This document shows positions 15,623 through 24,116 of a DNA stretch of 40,195 nt, one piece after another; position 1 is the first letter of the stretch, and each line of letters opens with the position of its first letter. A program made the position numbers and the translations under genes. Below the pieces are notes generated by a model. The model ran no database searches. It saw only the letters and a program-made list of their open reading frames with translations, and had not been told where the DNA came from. Source of the DNA: a virus. The stretch lies in IMG/VR virus record IMGVR_UViG_3300021061_000016; one strand, written 5' to 3'.

Positions 15623-16581
15623 CCACCGCCATCGAAAACACAAAAAAGAGCATCCAGAACGGGTCTCTTACAGGAATCGAGCCCATCGAAAAGCTCTTGA
15701 AGAAAGACGAGATTAAGAGCCGCTTTTCGGAGGTCTTGGGTCAGAAGGCCGCGGCGTTCATGTCCTCGGTGCTGGCGGCGACCAATATCAACACGCAGCT
15801 TAAGGCTTGTGACCCCATGACGGTCTTATCGTCTGCCATGGTGGCGGCAACCCTGGATCTTCCTATCAATCAATCCCTGGGTTTTGCCCACCTTGTTCCT
15901 TATTCCGGCCGCTGCCAGTTCCAGATCGGCTGGAAGGGCCTAGTTCAGCTTGCCCACAGAACAGGAAGCTACAAGACCATCACCGTCGCCGAGATCTATG
16001 ACGGCGAGCTCGTCGAGTATAACCGCATCACGGAAGAAATCGAGTTCAATACCAACAATAAGAAGTCGGATAAGGTGATCGGCTATTACGCCCGGTTCGT
16101 ACTTATCAACGGCTTCGAGAAGTCGCTTTATATGACCCGCGCAGAAGTTGAAGCCCACGGGAAGAAATACTCGAAGTCCTATTCCTCCGGCCAATGGACG
16201 AAGGACTTTGACAGCATGGCCAGGAAAACCCTGATAAAGCTCCTTCTGGGCAAGTGGGGGCCTATGTCCACCGAGCTTCGCCGGGCGATCGTTGCCGATC
16301 AATCGGTGTCTAGCACCATCACGGTCGAGCCTGAGAACGCAACCTTGGACTACCCGGATGGTAATACCGATGAAGAAAAGCCCCAGGAGGGCTCTCAATC
16401 CGTCAAAAAGACGGCCTTGGACATCAAGATCCATGAAGCCAAGGAAAAGGTCGGTAAGGACCGTTATTACGCGATCCTTGGGGATATGGGCCATGAGCAT
16501 ATGACGACCCTCTCAAACCTCGAAAAAGAGGTGTTTCTGGGCAAGCTGAAGGATGCCATCAAAGAAAGACAGGCAGCTTAA
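15619..16581 (+). CDS. recT: RecT-family single-strand annealing protein
   Basis: 320 aa; ATGA overlap with the exonuclease gene. Sequence MVAATLDLPINQSLGFAHLVPYSGRCQFQIGWKGLVQLAHRTG is RecT-like. Confidence 0.8.
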   Translation: MTTAIENTKKSIQNGSLTGIEPIEKLLKKDEIKSRFSEVLGQKAAAFMSSVLAATNINTQLKACDPMTVLSSAMVAATLDLPINQSLGFAHLVPYSGRCQFQIGWKGLVQLAHRTGSYKTITVAEIYDGELVEYNRITEEIEFNTNNKKSDKVIGYYARFVLINGFEKSLYMTRAEVEAHGKKYSKSYSSGQWTKDFDSMARKTLIKLLLGKWGPMSTELRRAIVADQSVSSTITVEPENATLDYPDGNTDEEKPQEGSQSVKKTALDIKIHEAKEKVGKDRYYAILGDMGHEHMTTLSNLEKEVFLGKLKDAIKERQAA

Positions 16582-16647
16582 TAGCTCTTTAAATTTGTTG
16601 TGATTAGTAATGTCTTCAAAGCCAAGCGCGGCAATGAAGACAGAAGA

Positions 16648-16711
16648 CCTACGGCGAGCGAATTACCTTTTCGGGGTCGGTTCTGCGAAGACCCGTAGGC
16701 AAAATTTTTTT
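16648..16711 (+). terminator. Stem-loop plus T7 tract after recT
   Basis: CCTACGG (16648-16654) pairs with CCGTAGG (16693-16699). The sequence caaaa and then TTTTTTT (16705-16711) follow. Confidence 0.4.
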
Positions 16712-16762
16712 GGTCAAAGTTTTTAAAAAAATGGTTAAAGAAAAATTAATCGAAAGGTCCAA

Positions 16763-17209
16763 GTGGCAAAGCGTTTCACAGATACGGAGAAATGGGGCGA
16801 TCCTTGGTTTAGGAATCTTCTTCGTGAGTATCAAATCTTTTGGATCTATTTGTTAGATCAATGTGATGCTGCGGGTGTCTGGAAGGTTGATTTTGAGCAA
16901 GCGGAATTTTTCTTAAAACAGAATTTAAATGACAAAGAGCTAATCACCGTTTTTAAAGATCGGATCATTATTTTTGACGAAGGAAATCGTTGGTTTATCC
17001 CAAAGTTCATTACCTTCCAATACGGTCATTTAGACGCTAATTGTCGTCCTCATAAGTCTGTTCTAAATCTTTTGTCTACTTACAAACTTGAAAGGTATTT
17101 AAAGGGTATGGATACCCTTAAAGACAAAGACAAGACAAAGACTATACAAGACAAGACAAAGACAACAGGGCACTTTTCGGGATGTGTTTGTGCGAGGTGC
17201 CGCAAATGA
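16763..17209 (+). CDS. Replisome-organizer-like / replication initiation protein (tentative)
   Basis: 148 aa; GTG start after gaaagg. The N-terminus KWGDPWFRNLLREYQIFWIYLLDQCDAAGVW resembles the N-domains of phage replication organizers. Iteron-like DNA repeats lie inside the 3' end. Confidence 0.35.
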   Translation: MAKRFTDTEKWGDPWFRNLLREYQIFWIYLLDQCDAAGVWKVDFEQAEFFLKQNLNDKELITVFKDRIIIFDEGNRWFIPKFITFQYGHLDANCRPHKSVLNLLSTYKLERYLKGMDTLKDKDKTKTIQDKTKTTGHFSGCVCARCRK

Positions 17210-17261
17210 TGGCGCGTTGCCGGTGGTGCGATCAACAACCGAAGAATTGTAGGTGTTCAAA

Positions 17262-17504
17262 ATGATCCACGGCATGTCGAACCGAGAATTTGTCCTATCC
17301 ATTCTCCGTGATGGGAAGCCTCATTTTTCCAGGGAGTTTGTAAGATCTGCCGATGGAGAAGATCTCCTTCTCGATTACCGCAAAAGGATCTCCGAGCTTC
17401 GGGAAGAAAAGCACGGCGGTTACGACATAAGACCCGTGACGATTAATGGTCGCCCGGGTTATCAGCTTTTCTACAAGACAGACTTATTTGGACACGCGGC
17501 ATGA
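17262..17504 (+). CDS. Hypothetical protein (alternative GTG start at 17253)
   Basis: About 80-aa ORF. ATGA overlap with the NinG-like gene at its 3' end. Confidence 0.5.
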   Translation: MIHGMSNREFVLSILRDGKPHFSREFVRSADGEDLLLDYRKRISELREEKHGGYDIRPVTINGRPGYQLFYKTDLFGHAA

Positions 17505-17887
17505 CCTGGGGAGCGATTAAACGCAACCTCACCGACAAGCTTTTCTCGGACTATATCCGAATCAAAGCCAAGTGGATTTGCGAGCTTTGCAAGCGTGATT
17601 TTTCCACACGCCAATCTAAATTCGATTGCTCCCATTTTTACACCCGCGGAAACAAAGCTGTTCGCTTTGCCGAAGAAAACTGCTCCGCACTTTGCCGCGG
17701 ATGCCATGACTATTTCGGAAAGAACCCAAAAGAACACACTCTCTGGATGGAAAGAAAGCTTGGGATGGAAGGTTTTGCAAAGCTTACGATTCGAGCCCAC
17801 CAAACGAAACCCTCCTGGGAGATCAAATTTGACGAACAGACGATGAGGGTTTGGCTTAAACAACAACTGGCGAGGATGGGGGCATGA
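17501..17887 (+). CDS. NinG/Rap-like recombination endonuclease
   Basis: 128 aa. LFSDYIRIKAKWICELC ... DCSHFYTRGNKAVRFAEENCSALCRGCH follows the lambda NinG pattern FN.YIR.RD..C.SCG...GH....RF.E.N...C..CN. Confidence 0.6.
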   Translation: MTWGAIKRNLTDKLFSDYIRIKAKWICELCKRDFSTRQSKFDCSHFYTRGNKAVRFAEENCSALCRGCHDYFGKNPKEHTLWMERKLGMEGFAKLTIRAHQTKPSWEIKFDEQTMRVWLKQQLARMGA

Positions 17888-18288
17888 CCCAAATAGCGAT
17901 CGGCGAAGAAGTATATGCCATAAAAGCCTCCGCAGAACATGTGAAAGAGGAGTCGGAATGGTTCGGAAGTCAGATTGAATCTCTCCAAGCTTCCCGCATG
18001 AAATATCCGGTTGGCAAGGAGTTCAAGGTCCACCATCACATTCTCAATCCTCGGACCATCAAAAGAACCCAGGAAGCTTTTATCGTCATAAAAGGCAGGG
18101 TCGCCGTGGATATCTACGACATGAAGGGTGCCATCATCGGAAGTTTAGAAGCGGGTCCAGGTGAAGCGATCTTTGTCTACCGGGGCGGCCACGGCATACG
18201 GGTCCTTGAGGACTTTATCGGGTACGAGATCAAAGCCGGCAGCTATTCATACGTTTCAGAAGACAAGGTCTTTCTCGAAGATGTATGA
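17884..18288 (+). CDS. Cupin-fold protein (WbuC / sugar ketoisomerase-like)
   Basis: 134 aa; ATGA overlap upstream. KVHHHILNPRTIKRTQEAFIVIKGRVAVDIYD ... GEAIFVYRGGHGIRV is a cupin beta-barrel signature. First gene of the glycan island. Confidence 0.5.
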   Translation: MTQIAIGEEVYAIKASAEHVKEESEWFGSQIESLQASRMKYPVGKEFKVHHHILNPRTIKRTQEAFIVIKGRVAVDIYDMKGAIIGSLEAGPGEAIFVYRGGHGIRVLEDFIGYEIKAGSYSYVSEDKVFLEDV

Positions 18289-18868
18289 ACGAAACGATGT
18301 GATCAGGCAGTTTGAAAAGACCATCGCCGAGCATTGCGGTGCGCCTTATGGCGTTGCCGTTGAAAGCTGCACCGCAGCCCTTCTTCTGTGTTGCATTTAT
18401 CTCAAGGTCAAAGAGGTAACGATTCCCAAAAAAACTTATTATAGCGTCCCTTTCAGCATCCTTCATGCCGGAGGCACGGTCAATTTTGAAAGCTTGAAAT
18501 GGCGCGGGGCGTACCAACTAAAGCCTTATCCGATCATCGACAGCGCCATGAGATTTAAAAAAGCCATGTTCGAGCCGGGCAAATTAATGTGCCTATCGTT
18601 CCATTATGCAAAGCATATCCCAATCGGCCGGGGCGGGATGATCCTAACCGACAACAAGAAAGCCGCCGAATGGTTCCGCGTCATGCGTAACGATGGCCGG
18701 CGAGAAGTACCGAAGGAAATGGACAAAGTAAGGCTTGCCGGCTGGAACTTTTACATGAATCCCGAACAAGCGGCGAGAGGTTTGTCTTTGTACTATTGGC
18801 GCATTTTCAATCAAAAGGATCCTCAAGACCTTCCCATGACCCACGGAGATATTTCAAGTGTTCTCTAG
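18281..18868 (+). CDS. Short DegT/DnrJ/EryC1-like PLP-dependent sugar aminotransferase
   Basis: 195 aa from the internal ATG of track ORF 18161..18868. FEKTIAEHCGAPYGVAVESCTAALLL ... IIDSAMRF ... LSFHYAKHIPIGRGGMILTD retains the SFxxxK lysine motif. It is about half the usual length. Confidence 0.55.
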   Translation: MYERNDVIRQFEKTIAEHCGAPYGVAVESCTAALLLCCIYLKVKEVTIPKKTYYSVPFSILHAGGTVNFESLKWRGAYQLKPYPIIDSAMRFKKAMFEPGKLMCLSFHYAKHIPIGRGGMILTDNKKAAEWFRVMRNDGRREVPKEMDKVRLAGWNFYMNPEQAARGLSLYYWRIFNQKDPQDLPMTHGDISSVL

Positions 18869-19505
18869 AAACTACGCCGAATTTTACGATTTGTTCAATT
18901 CGGACAAGCCTTACAAAAAAGAAGTGGCCTTTGTCTACCGTTGGGCGGGGCGGCCTCATTCGATATTCGATATTGGCTGCGGGACAGGGAACTACTGGAG
19001 GCACTTTCCAAAATCGACCCATATTGTCGGCATCGACAGGTCGCAAGCGATGGTCGACAACGGCTATAGGATCATCCATGCCGACGCCATGACGTTTAAA
19101 ACCAATGTCCGGTTCGACTGTGCGACGGCCCTATTTGATGTCCTGAACTACATGCCGCGGAATGACTGGTGGGCCAATATCCCGGTGAAGAAGGGCGGGT
19201 ATTTCATCTTCGATATTTGGGACAAAAAAAAAGTTATGCGCGACGGTTTCAAGGAAACATTCAAGAACATCGGCCGGTATTGCCGGAAGATCACGCCTGT
19301 CCGGTGGAAGGAAAACGCCATTGATCTTAAGGTCGAGGTTATCTACATCGGCGACGATCATCACGAAACCGCCGCGAGCGAGATTCATACGATGTATCTC
19401 TATGGACAGAAGGACATCAAGAAATTTTGCGGTAAGGAATTTGAGATCGTCGATGTGAAGCCCACTAGCCGTTGGCAGACTTGGTATAAATGCAAAAAAA
19501 AATAG
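18858..19505 (+). CDS. Class I SAM-dependent methyltransferase
   Basis: 215 aa. Motif I IFDIGCGTGNYW, then post-I IVGIDRS. Confidence 0.7.
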   Translation: MFSRNYAEFYDLFNSDKPYKKEVAFVYRWAGRPHSIFDIGCGTGNYWRHFPKSTHIVGIDRSQAMVDNGYRIIHADAMTFKTNVRFDCATALFDVLNYMPRNDWWANIPVKKGGYFIFDIWDKKKVMRDGFKETFKNIGRYCRKITPVRWKENAIDLKVEVIYIGDDHHETAASEIHTMYLYGQKDIKKFCGKEFEIVDVKPTSRWQTWYKCKKK

Positions 19506-20530
19506 CACTCCTTCACCGCTACCCGGCCGATCAAATTAAATCCACCAATGCAGCGTTTCCGTATCTTGTTCAAAATCGATTCAGGGAGCCATTAGATTAT
19601 CGCCCAGGGGCAGTAAATTATTATGGCCCAGGCATGGACGTTTTAACCTTCAAATCCTTCGACCGCCTTTCCAAGTGGAAAAAGTTTTGGAAAAGCCTGG
19701 CCTGGATCTTCTATGCGCCTTACCTTGTCGCGGGAAAAGGCTATGACGTGATTTATTGCGACGATTCATACCCTTTTTATGGGGCAATCGTCAAAGCCGT
19801 ATGCCCGAGGGCGAAGGTTGTTTTAAGAATCGGCGACCTTCACCTCATGTATTACTATTCCGGCCTCGTATACAAGGTGCTGCACTTCCTTGAGCGTATC
19901 GCCTGGCTCATGGCCGACGAGATAATCGTTATATCTGAGGCGATGGCCGAATATTTTCATGCCGAAATTGGTCGCCGGCCGAAGGTCGTTTTAGACCCGG
20001 TCGATCCGGCAGACTTCCCGCCGATCCGGTCCTATCCCACCGAAACGATCATGTTTCACGGAACGCTTACCAAAAATAAGAACGTCGACATCATGCTCGA
20101 GGCCGCAAAATGGCTGCCGTATTACGACTTTGTAATTCTTGGCGACGGACCGGATTATGCAAGGCTCAAGAAAATCGCCACGAAAAACGTTCATTTCCAA
20201 GGATGGGTGCCGTTCAAGGATATCTACCAACATATCGCCTCATGCTCGATCGGGGTCGCTTTAAGAAGCGATAACCCGGGTAATGAGTATGTCGTCACCT
20301 CGCCCTTCATCCAGTACGGGATCATGGGAAAGCCCTGCCTTGTCACCCGCCGGAAGGTCTTTGGCGACTATAAATGGCAGTTCTCCAACGTCGCCGAAAT
20401 GGTGGAGAAGATACATATCCTCATGGTCCGGCCCGAGGAAGGAAAGAAACTCAAAGAGCATGTCTTGAAAAACCACGATGCTAAAAAGATCGCCGAGGAG
20501 ATATGGACGATCCTATCGTCACTATCGTAA
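19490..20530 (+). CDS. Glycosyltransferase, GT-B fold (GT1/GT4-like)
   Basis: 346 aa. C-terminal domain IMFHGTLTKNKNVDIMLEAAKWLPYYDFVILGDGPDYARLKK ... VHFQGWVP ... is typical of Glycos_transf_1. Confidence 0.75.
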   Translation: MQKKIALLHRYPADQIKSTNAAFPYLVQNRFREPLDYRPGAVNYYGPGMDVLTFKSFDRLSKWKKFWKSLAWIFYAPYLVAGKGYDVIYCDDSYPFYGAIVKAVCPRAKVVLRIGDLHLMYYYSGLVYKVLHFLERIAWLMADEIIVISEAMAEYFHAEIGRRPKVVLDPVDPADFPPIRSYPTETIMFHGTLTKNKNVDIMLEAAKWLPYYDFVILGDGPDYARLKKIATKNVHFQGWVPFKDIYQHIASCSIGVALRSDNPGNEYVVTSPFIQYGIMGKPCLVTRRKVFGDYKWQFSNVAEMVEKIHILMVRPEEGKKLKEHVLKNHDAKKIAEEIWTILSSLS

Positions 20531-21306
20531 TCCTCACGATGGGGGAAGCAAAAGAAGTTATAGAGTGCCTTGAAAACCAGACCTACAGAAGCTTCGAGAT
20601 CATCATTGCCAAAGAAAAGGGCATCGTAAACGCCATGAATAAGGCATTGGAGAAGGCCCGCGGCGAGATATTCGTCCGAGTCGATGATGATGTCGAGATC
20701 CCGGAAAGGTGGCTTGAGTCGCTTCTTTTCCCGTTTTCAGATCCCAACGTGGCCGGCGCCACAGGGCCTACATTCGTACCAGGCTACAGAAGGAAGAACA
20801 GGGACAGCATACGGATCTGGGAGAGGCCGAATTGGTTTTTAAGGTGGTTGCAGGATAACCGAGCTTTCGCGCCGGCGGCCATTTACAAATGCGGCATGGT
20901 TTCCTACGACTCCAATTACCGGGAAAGGTTTGGAAAAGGCTGCCATCTATTCACACCGGACCATCTGGAAGGGACAAATTGGGCCATGAGGACCGAGCTA
21001 ATCCGAAGGGTGGGCGGCTTTGACCCTGCCTTTGATGGGGTCGCAGAGTGGTTTGATACCGATGTCGAACAAAAGATAAAAAAGCTTGGTTACACGCTTC
21101 GCTATAGCACCGCAGCCTATCTATGGCACCTGGTAGAAAAGGGTGAGCATTTTGACGAGAGGTTCGCGGCATGGGGAAGGATCAAGAATTGGCTTAGGTA
21201 TCACTTAAGACACTCAAAACTTCATTGGAAGATGGCGGTCTATTTATTGGTTTGGATGGGTTACTTCATGCAAAAAAGGATCCAGCGATGCCTAAAGTTT
21301 CGGTAA
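20503..21306 (+). CDS. Glycosyltransferase family 2 (GT-A)
   Basis: 267 aa. VTIVILTMGE ... QTYRSFEIIIA ... GEIFVRVDDDVEIPERWLE (DxD motif). Confidence 0.75.
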   Translation: MDDPIVTIVILTMGEAKEVIECLENQTYRSFEIIIAKEKGIVNAMNKALEKARGEIFVRVDDDVEIPERWLESLLFPFSDPNVAGATGPTFVPGYRRKNRDSIRIWERPNWFLRWLQDNRAFAPAAIYKCGMVSYDSNYRERFGKGCHLFTPDHLEGTNWAMRTELIRRVGGFDPAFDGVAEWFDTDVEQKIKKLGYTLRYSTAAYLWHLVEKGEHFDERFAAWGRIKNWLRYHLRHSKLHWKMAVYLLVWMGYFMQKRIQRCLKFR

Positions 21307-22106
21307 TCATCCCCACAATGAAAGGCCGCAAGGCACTTTTGGAGAAGCTTCTTTCAACAATTCCATCCTATTGTGAAACGATCATTGTTGACGATGAGGA
21401 CATTCTTCTTGCTGCCAAAAGAAACAAAGGAGCTAAGAAGGCTACGGGAGAATACTTCCTTTTCATCGATGACGATAACTACTTAGCCCCAGGCGCTATC
21501 GCTGCTGCAATGACCTTGGCCGAAGATGATGGGGTGGGGGTGGTTGGCTTCATGGCTTGTTATGACGACAAGAAAAACCTTATTGCGGATGGCGGCTCAT
21601 ACAGGAATTACACGACCGGCTTTACCGATGGGCTTATGACGAATCACCGTTATTCGGAAATCGAAAAAGAGCCATATGAGGTTGACGAGGTTGCCAATGC
21701 CTTTTTAATGCACTCGGAGCTTTTCTTTGAGTTGCAAGGATTCGACGAAGAAAATTTCCCGATCGACTTGGACGAGGCCGACTTTTGTAAAAGAGCCAAG
21801 GAAAAGGGATACAAAATTATGATGTGTCCAAAGGCAAGGTGTTACCACAAATCACAAACATATAGTCCGATCCCGGACTTTAGGAGGCCAAGGAATGCGT
21901 ACTTTATGGGTAGGAATAGAATTATTTATCAGAGAAAGTTTAATCATCCTCTACGTTTTGGCGTGTACCTTTGCTTTTTCATGCCTGTATTTGTTGGTTT
22001 TTATTCGGCTTCGCTTATTTGGCGCCGGAAGCCGTTAATGATAGTGCATTTTTTAAAGGGGGTCTTTGATGGAATACTCGGTCGTCGAAAAAATACATAT
22101 CAATAG
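21288..22106 (+). CDS. Glycosyltransferase family 2 (GT-A) with a C-terminal hydrophobic segment
   Basis: ATG 21288 follows aagga. VSVIIPTMKGR ... GEYFLFIDDDNYLAPGAI ... DEADFCKRAKEKGYKI. Confidence 0.75.
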   Translation: MPKVSVIIPTMKGRKALLEKLLSTIPSYCETIIVDDEDILLAAKRNKGAKKATGEYFLFIDDDNYLAPGAIAAAMTLAEDDGVGVVGFMACYDDKKNLIADGGSYRNYTTGFTDGLMTNHRYSEIEKEPYEVDEVANAFLMHSELFFELQGFDEENFPIDLDEADFCKRAKEKGYKIMMCPKARCYHKSQTYSPIPDFRRPRNAYFMGRNRIIYQRKFNHPLRFGVYLCFFMPVFVGFYSASLIWRRKPLMIVHFLKGVFDGILGRRKNTYQ

Positions 22107-22872
22107 GGCGCGAGCAAAGAAGATCGGGGCGTTTCTTTACGACCCCAAGATCGACGGCCTTTACCTTGAAAGCCCATGGCCTTTCCCTGTGCAAATAGGA
22201 ATGACGAATCGCCTTTCAAAGTGCGAGGTGACCCCCATGTTCTTGAGGCTTCCTTTCATCATGAAGGGTTGGCTCAATCAGGACATCCTTCTTCGCATGG
22301 TGGATCTGCTTAGGCTTGTCGGTGAGGGAAAGATCTTGATGCACGGCTCTTGCGTTGGCGACACCCTCATCGTCGGGCTGCCGAATGCCGGAAAGACCTA
22401 TCAGACCTATCGCATGGTCTCAAGTGGCGGCAAGCTTATTTCCGAAGAATACACCGTTCTATATGACGGCAAGGCCCACCCATATAGCGACGTTATGCGG
22501 ACCTGTTTTTCCGCACGGACAATGAAGGATTGCGGAATCGATATGACCCTCTGGGAGAAGATCTGGCTTTTCTTTGCCACCATCCGGGCCAAGCTTTTTC
22601 CTTTCATGTACGAAGCGGTCATCTGGAAGGAGATCAAGGCAAGCGGAGAGGAGTCCAAAATCAAGCGTATTATCTACGGCTCGACCGGCCAAGAGGTGAA
22701 GGATTGGAAGCATTTTGCCATCCTCTGCGAGAACGAATTTCCTTTCATGTCGAGCGAGTTTTTACAGGCTTATGCCCTGGCCTCCGGCTTGGACCTCATC
22801 GCCATTCAGAACAAACAACGAGAATTGATAAGGAGATTTGTCCTTCATGTCTATCCTGATCACCGGAAATAG
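22069..22872 (+). CDS. HPr-kinase-like P-loop protein (HprK-related kinase)
   Basis: About 267 aa; SD aaaggggg upstream. LMHGSCVGDTLIVGLPNAGKTYQTYRMVSSGGKLISEEYTVLYDG parallels the HprK C-domain pattern lHa..v...g.gvli.G.sGsGKS..a..L...G..lvaDD. Confidence 0.55.
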   Translation: MEYSVVEKIHINRARAKKIGAFLYDPKIDGLYLESPWPFPVQIGMTNRLSKCEVTPMFLRLPFIMKGWLNQDILLRMVDLLRLVGEGKILMHGSCVGDTLIVGLPNAGKTYQTYRMVSSGGKLISEEYTVLYDGKAHPYSDVMRTCFSARTMKDCGIDMTLWEKIWLFFATIRAKLFPFMYEAVIWKEIKASGEESKIKRIIYGSTGQEVKDWKHFAILCENEFPFMSSEFLQAYALASGLDLIAIQNKQRELIRRFVLHVYPDHRK

Positions 22873-23545
22873 GGGCTTTATCGGGTCCGGCCTTAAAGGC
22901 GACGGGATCGACCTAAAGGACGGCGTCGATATCCTGACCTACCGGGCGACAAAAAGATATGACGTCGTTATCCATACCGCGGCCTTGGTGAGTGTGACCG
23001 AATCGATGAAAGACCTTGCTGGGTACTGGCGAACGAATGTCGACGGAACGGTCAACATGCTAAGGCAGCACCCGGAGGCCCATTTTATATACCTCTCGAC
23101 AGCGGCCGCTTATGGACCCGGAGAAGATCATAAAGTTGGCGACCATCTTTACCCGACGTCGCCATATGCCAAATCAAAGATCGTCGGCGAGTTGGCGGTT
23201 AAATACTTCGCCAAGACCTACTGCATTCTGCGCCTGACAAACGTGGTAGGGGATGGGGAAAGGGGCGAGCCTAACGTATTCCAGGTATTCAAGAAAGCCG
23301 ACATCCTTCCGATTTATGGTGACGGGCTACAGACTCGGGATTTTATCTCAGTCGATGATGTAAGGGCCGTCATTATGGAAATGGCCCATCTTAAGACCCA
23401 AGGCACATACAACGTCGGCTCTGGAAAATCCAAAACCATCCTTGAGGTCGCAAGGACCTTTGACAAGCCGGTCAGATTTTTTCCTGAAAGAGAAGGCGAG
23501 ATCAGACGTTTCGGAGTGGCCGATGCTATCCATCCTCATTCCTGA
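22847..23545 (+). CDS. Compact NAD-dependent epimerase/dehydratase (extended SDR)
   Basis: About 232 aa. ILITGNRGFIGSGL (GxxGxxG), STAAAYG, YAKSK (YxxxK). Confidence 0.7.
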   Translation: MSILITGNRGFIGSGLKGDGIDLKDGVDILTYRATKRYDVVIHTAALVSVTESMKDLAGYWRTNVDGTVNMLRQHPEAHFIYLSTAAAYGPGEDHKVGDHLYPTSPYAKSKIVGELAVKYFAKTYCILRLTNVVGDGERGEPNVFQVFKKADILPIYGDGLQTRDFISVDDVRAVIMEMAHLKTQGTYNVGSGKSKTILEVARTFDKPVRFFPEREGEIRRFGVADAIHPHS

Positions 23546-24116
23546 CCATAACGAGGAACGGATAAAGGAGTTCGTCGAGGAGGTCGAATCCCTTGGGATC
23601 GCCCATGAAATCGTCGTTTCCAAGGACTCGGAAAGTAGGGGCAAAGGATGGGCGCTGCGGGAGGCTTTTAAGGCGTCCCGTGGCGATTTGATCGCCTTCA
23701 TCGATGGGGACGGGGATATAAAGCCAAGGATGTTTTACCGGATGCTTCCATTCCTTGAAGATTTCGATGTGGTCGTGGGGTCCAAAAGGATTACGCGATC
23801 CCCAATGCGGCGAAAGGTCATGACCCGCCTTACCCGGTTATGGTTCAAGCTTCTTTTCGGGGTGCGAGTCGACACGCAAACAGGGATCAAGATTTTCCGA
23901 CGTGAGACATTCGACGTCTTCGCAAACTATTGGGAATCGAACGGCTTTATCTTTGACGTCGAGATCCTATCGGCGATGCAAGCCAACGGCGCAAGGATGA
24001 TCGAGGTTCCAATAGAGGCAGAGATAAGGAAGCAATTAGCGTTTAAAACCATATTCAGAATATTCGGAGAAAGCCTATGGCTAAAGTATCGGTTATTATC
24101 CCCACAAAAAAAATAG
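23523..24116 (+). CDS. Glycosyltransferase family 2, DPM1/GtrB-like (polyprenol-phosphate sugar synthase-like), lacking TM helices
   Basis: 197 aa from the internal ATG of track ORF 23442..24116. LSILIPDHNEE ... RGKGWALREAFKASRGDLIAFIDGDGD ... DTQTGIKIFRRE. Confidence 0.6.
   Translation: MLSILIPDHNEERIKEFVEEVESLGIAHEIVVSKDSESRGKGWALREAFKASRGDLIAFIDGDGDIKPRMFYRMLPFLEDFDVVVGSKRITRSPMRRKVMTRLTRLWFKLLFGVRVDTQTGIKIFRRETFDVFANYWESNGFIFDVEILSAMQANGARMIEVPIEAEIRKQLAFKTIFRIFGESLWLKYRLLSPQKK

Noticed and set aside
15940-16500. 186-aa minus-strand ORF antisense to recT
   Set aside because: It is embedded in the recT coding sequence, has no ribosome-binding site and has an implausible composition. The same applies to the minus-strand ORFs 29430..29921, 38693..39100 and 17471..17866.
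17206-17265. 19-aa Cys-rich micro-ORF (MMARCRWCDQQPKNCRCSK) joined to both neighbours by ATGA overlaps
   Set aside because: It is too short to support without conservation or expression data, and it could arise by chance in a 50-nt spacer.
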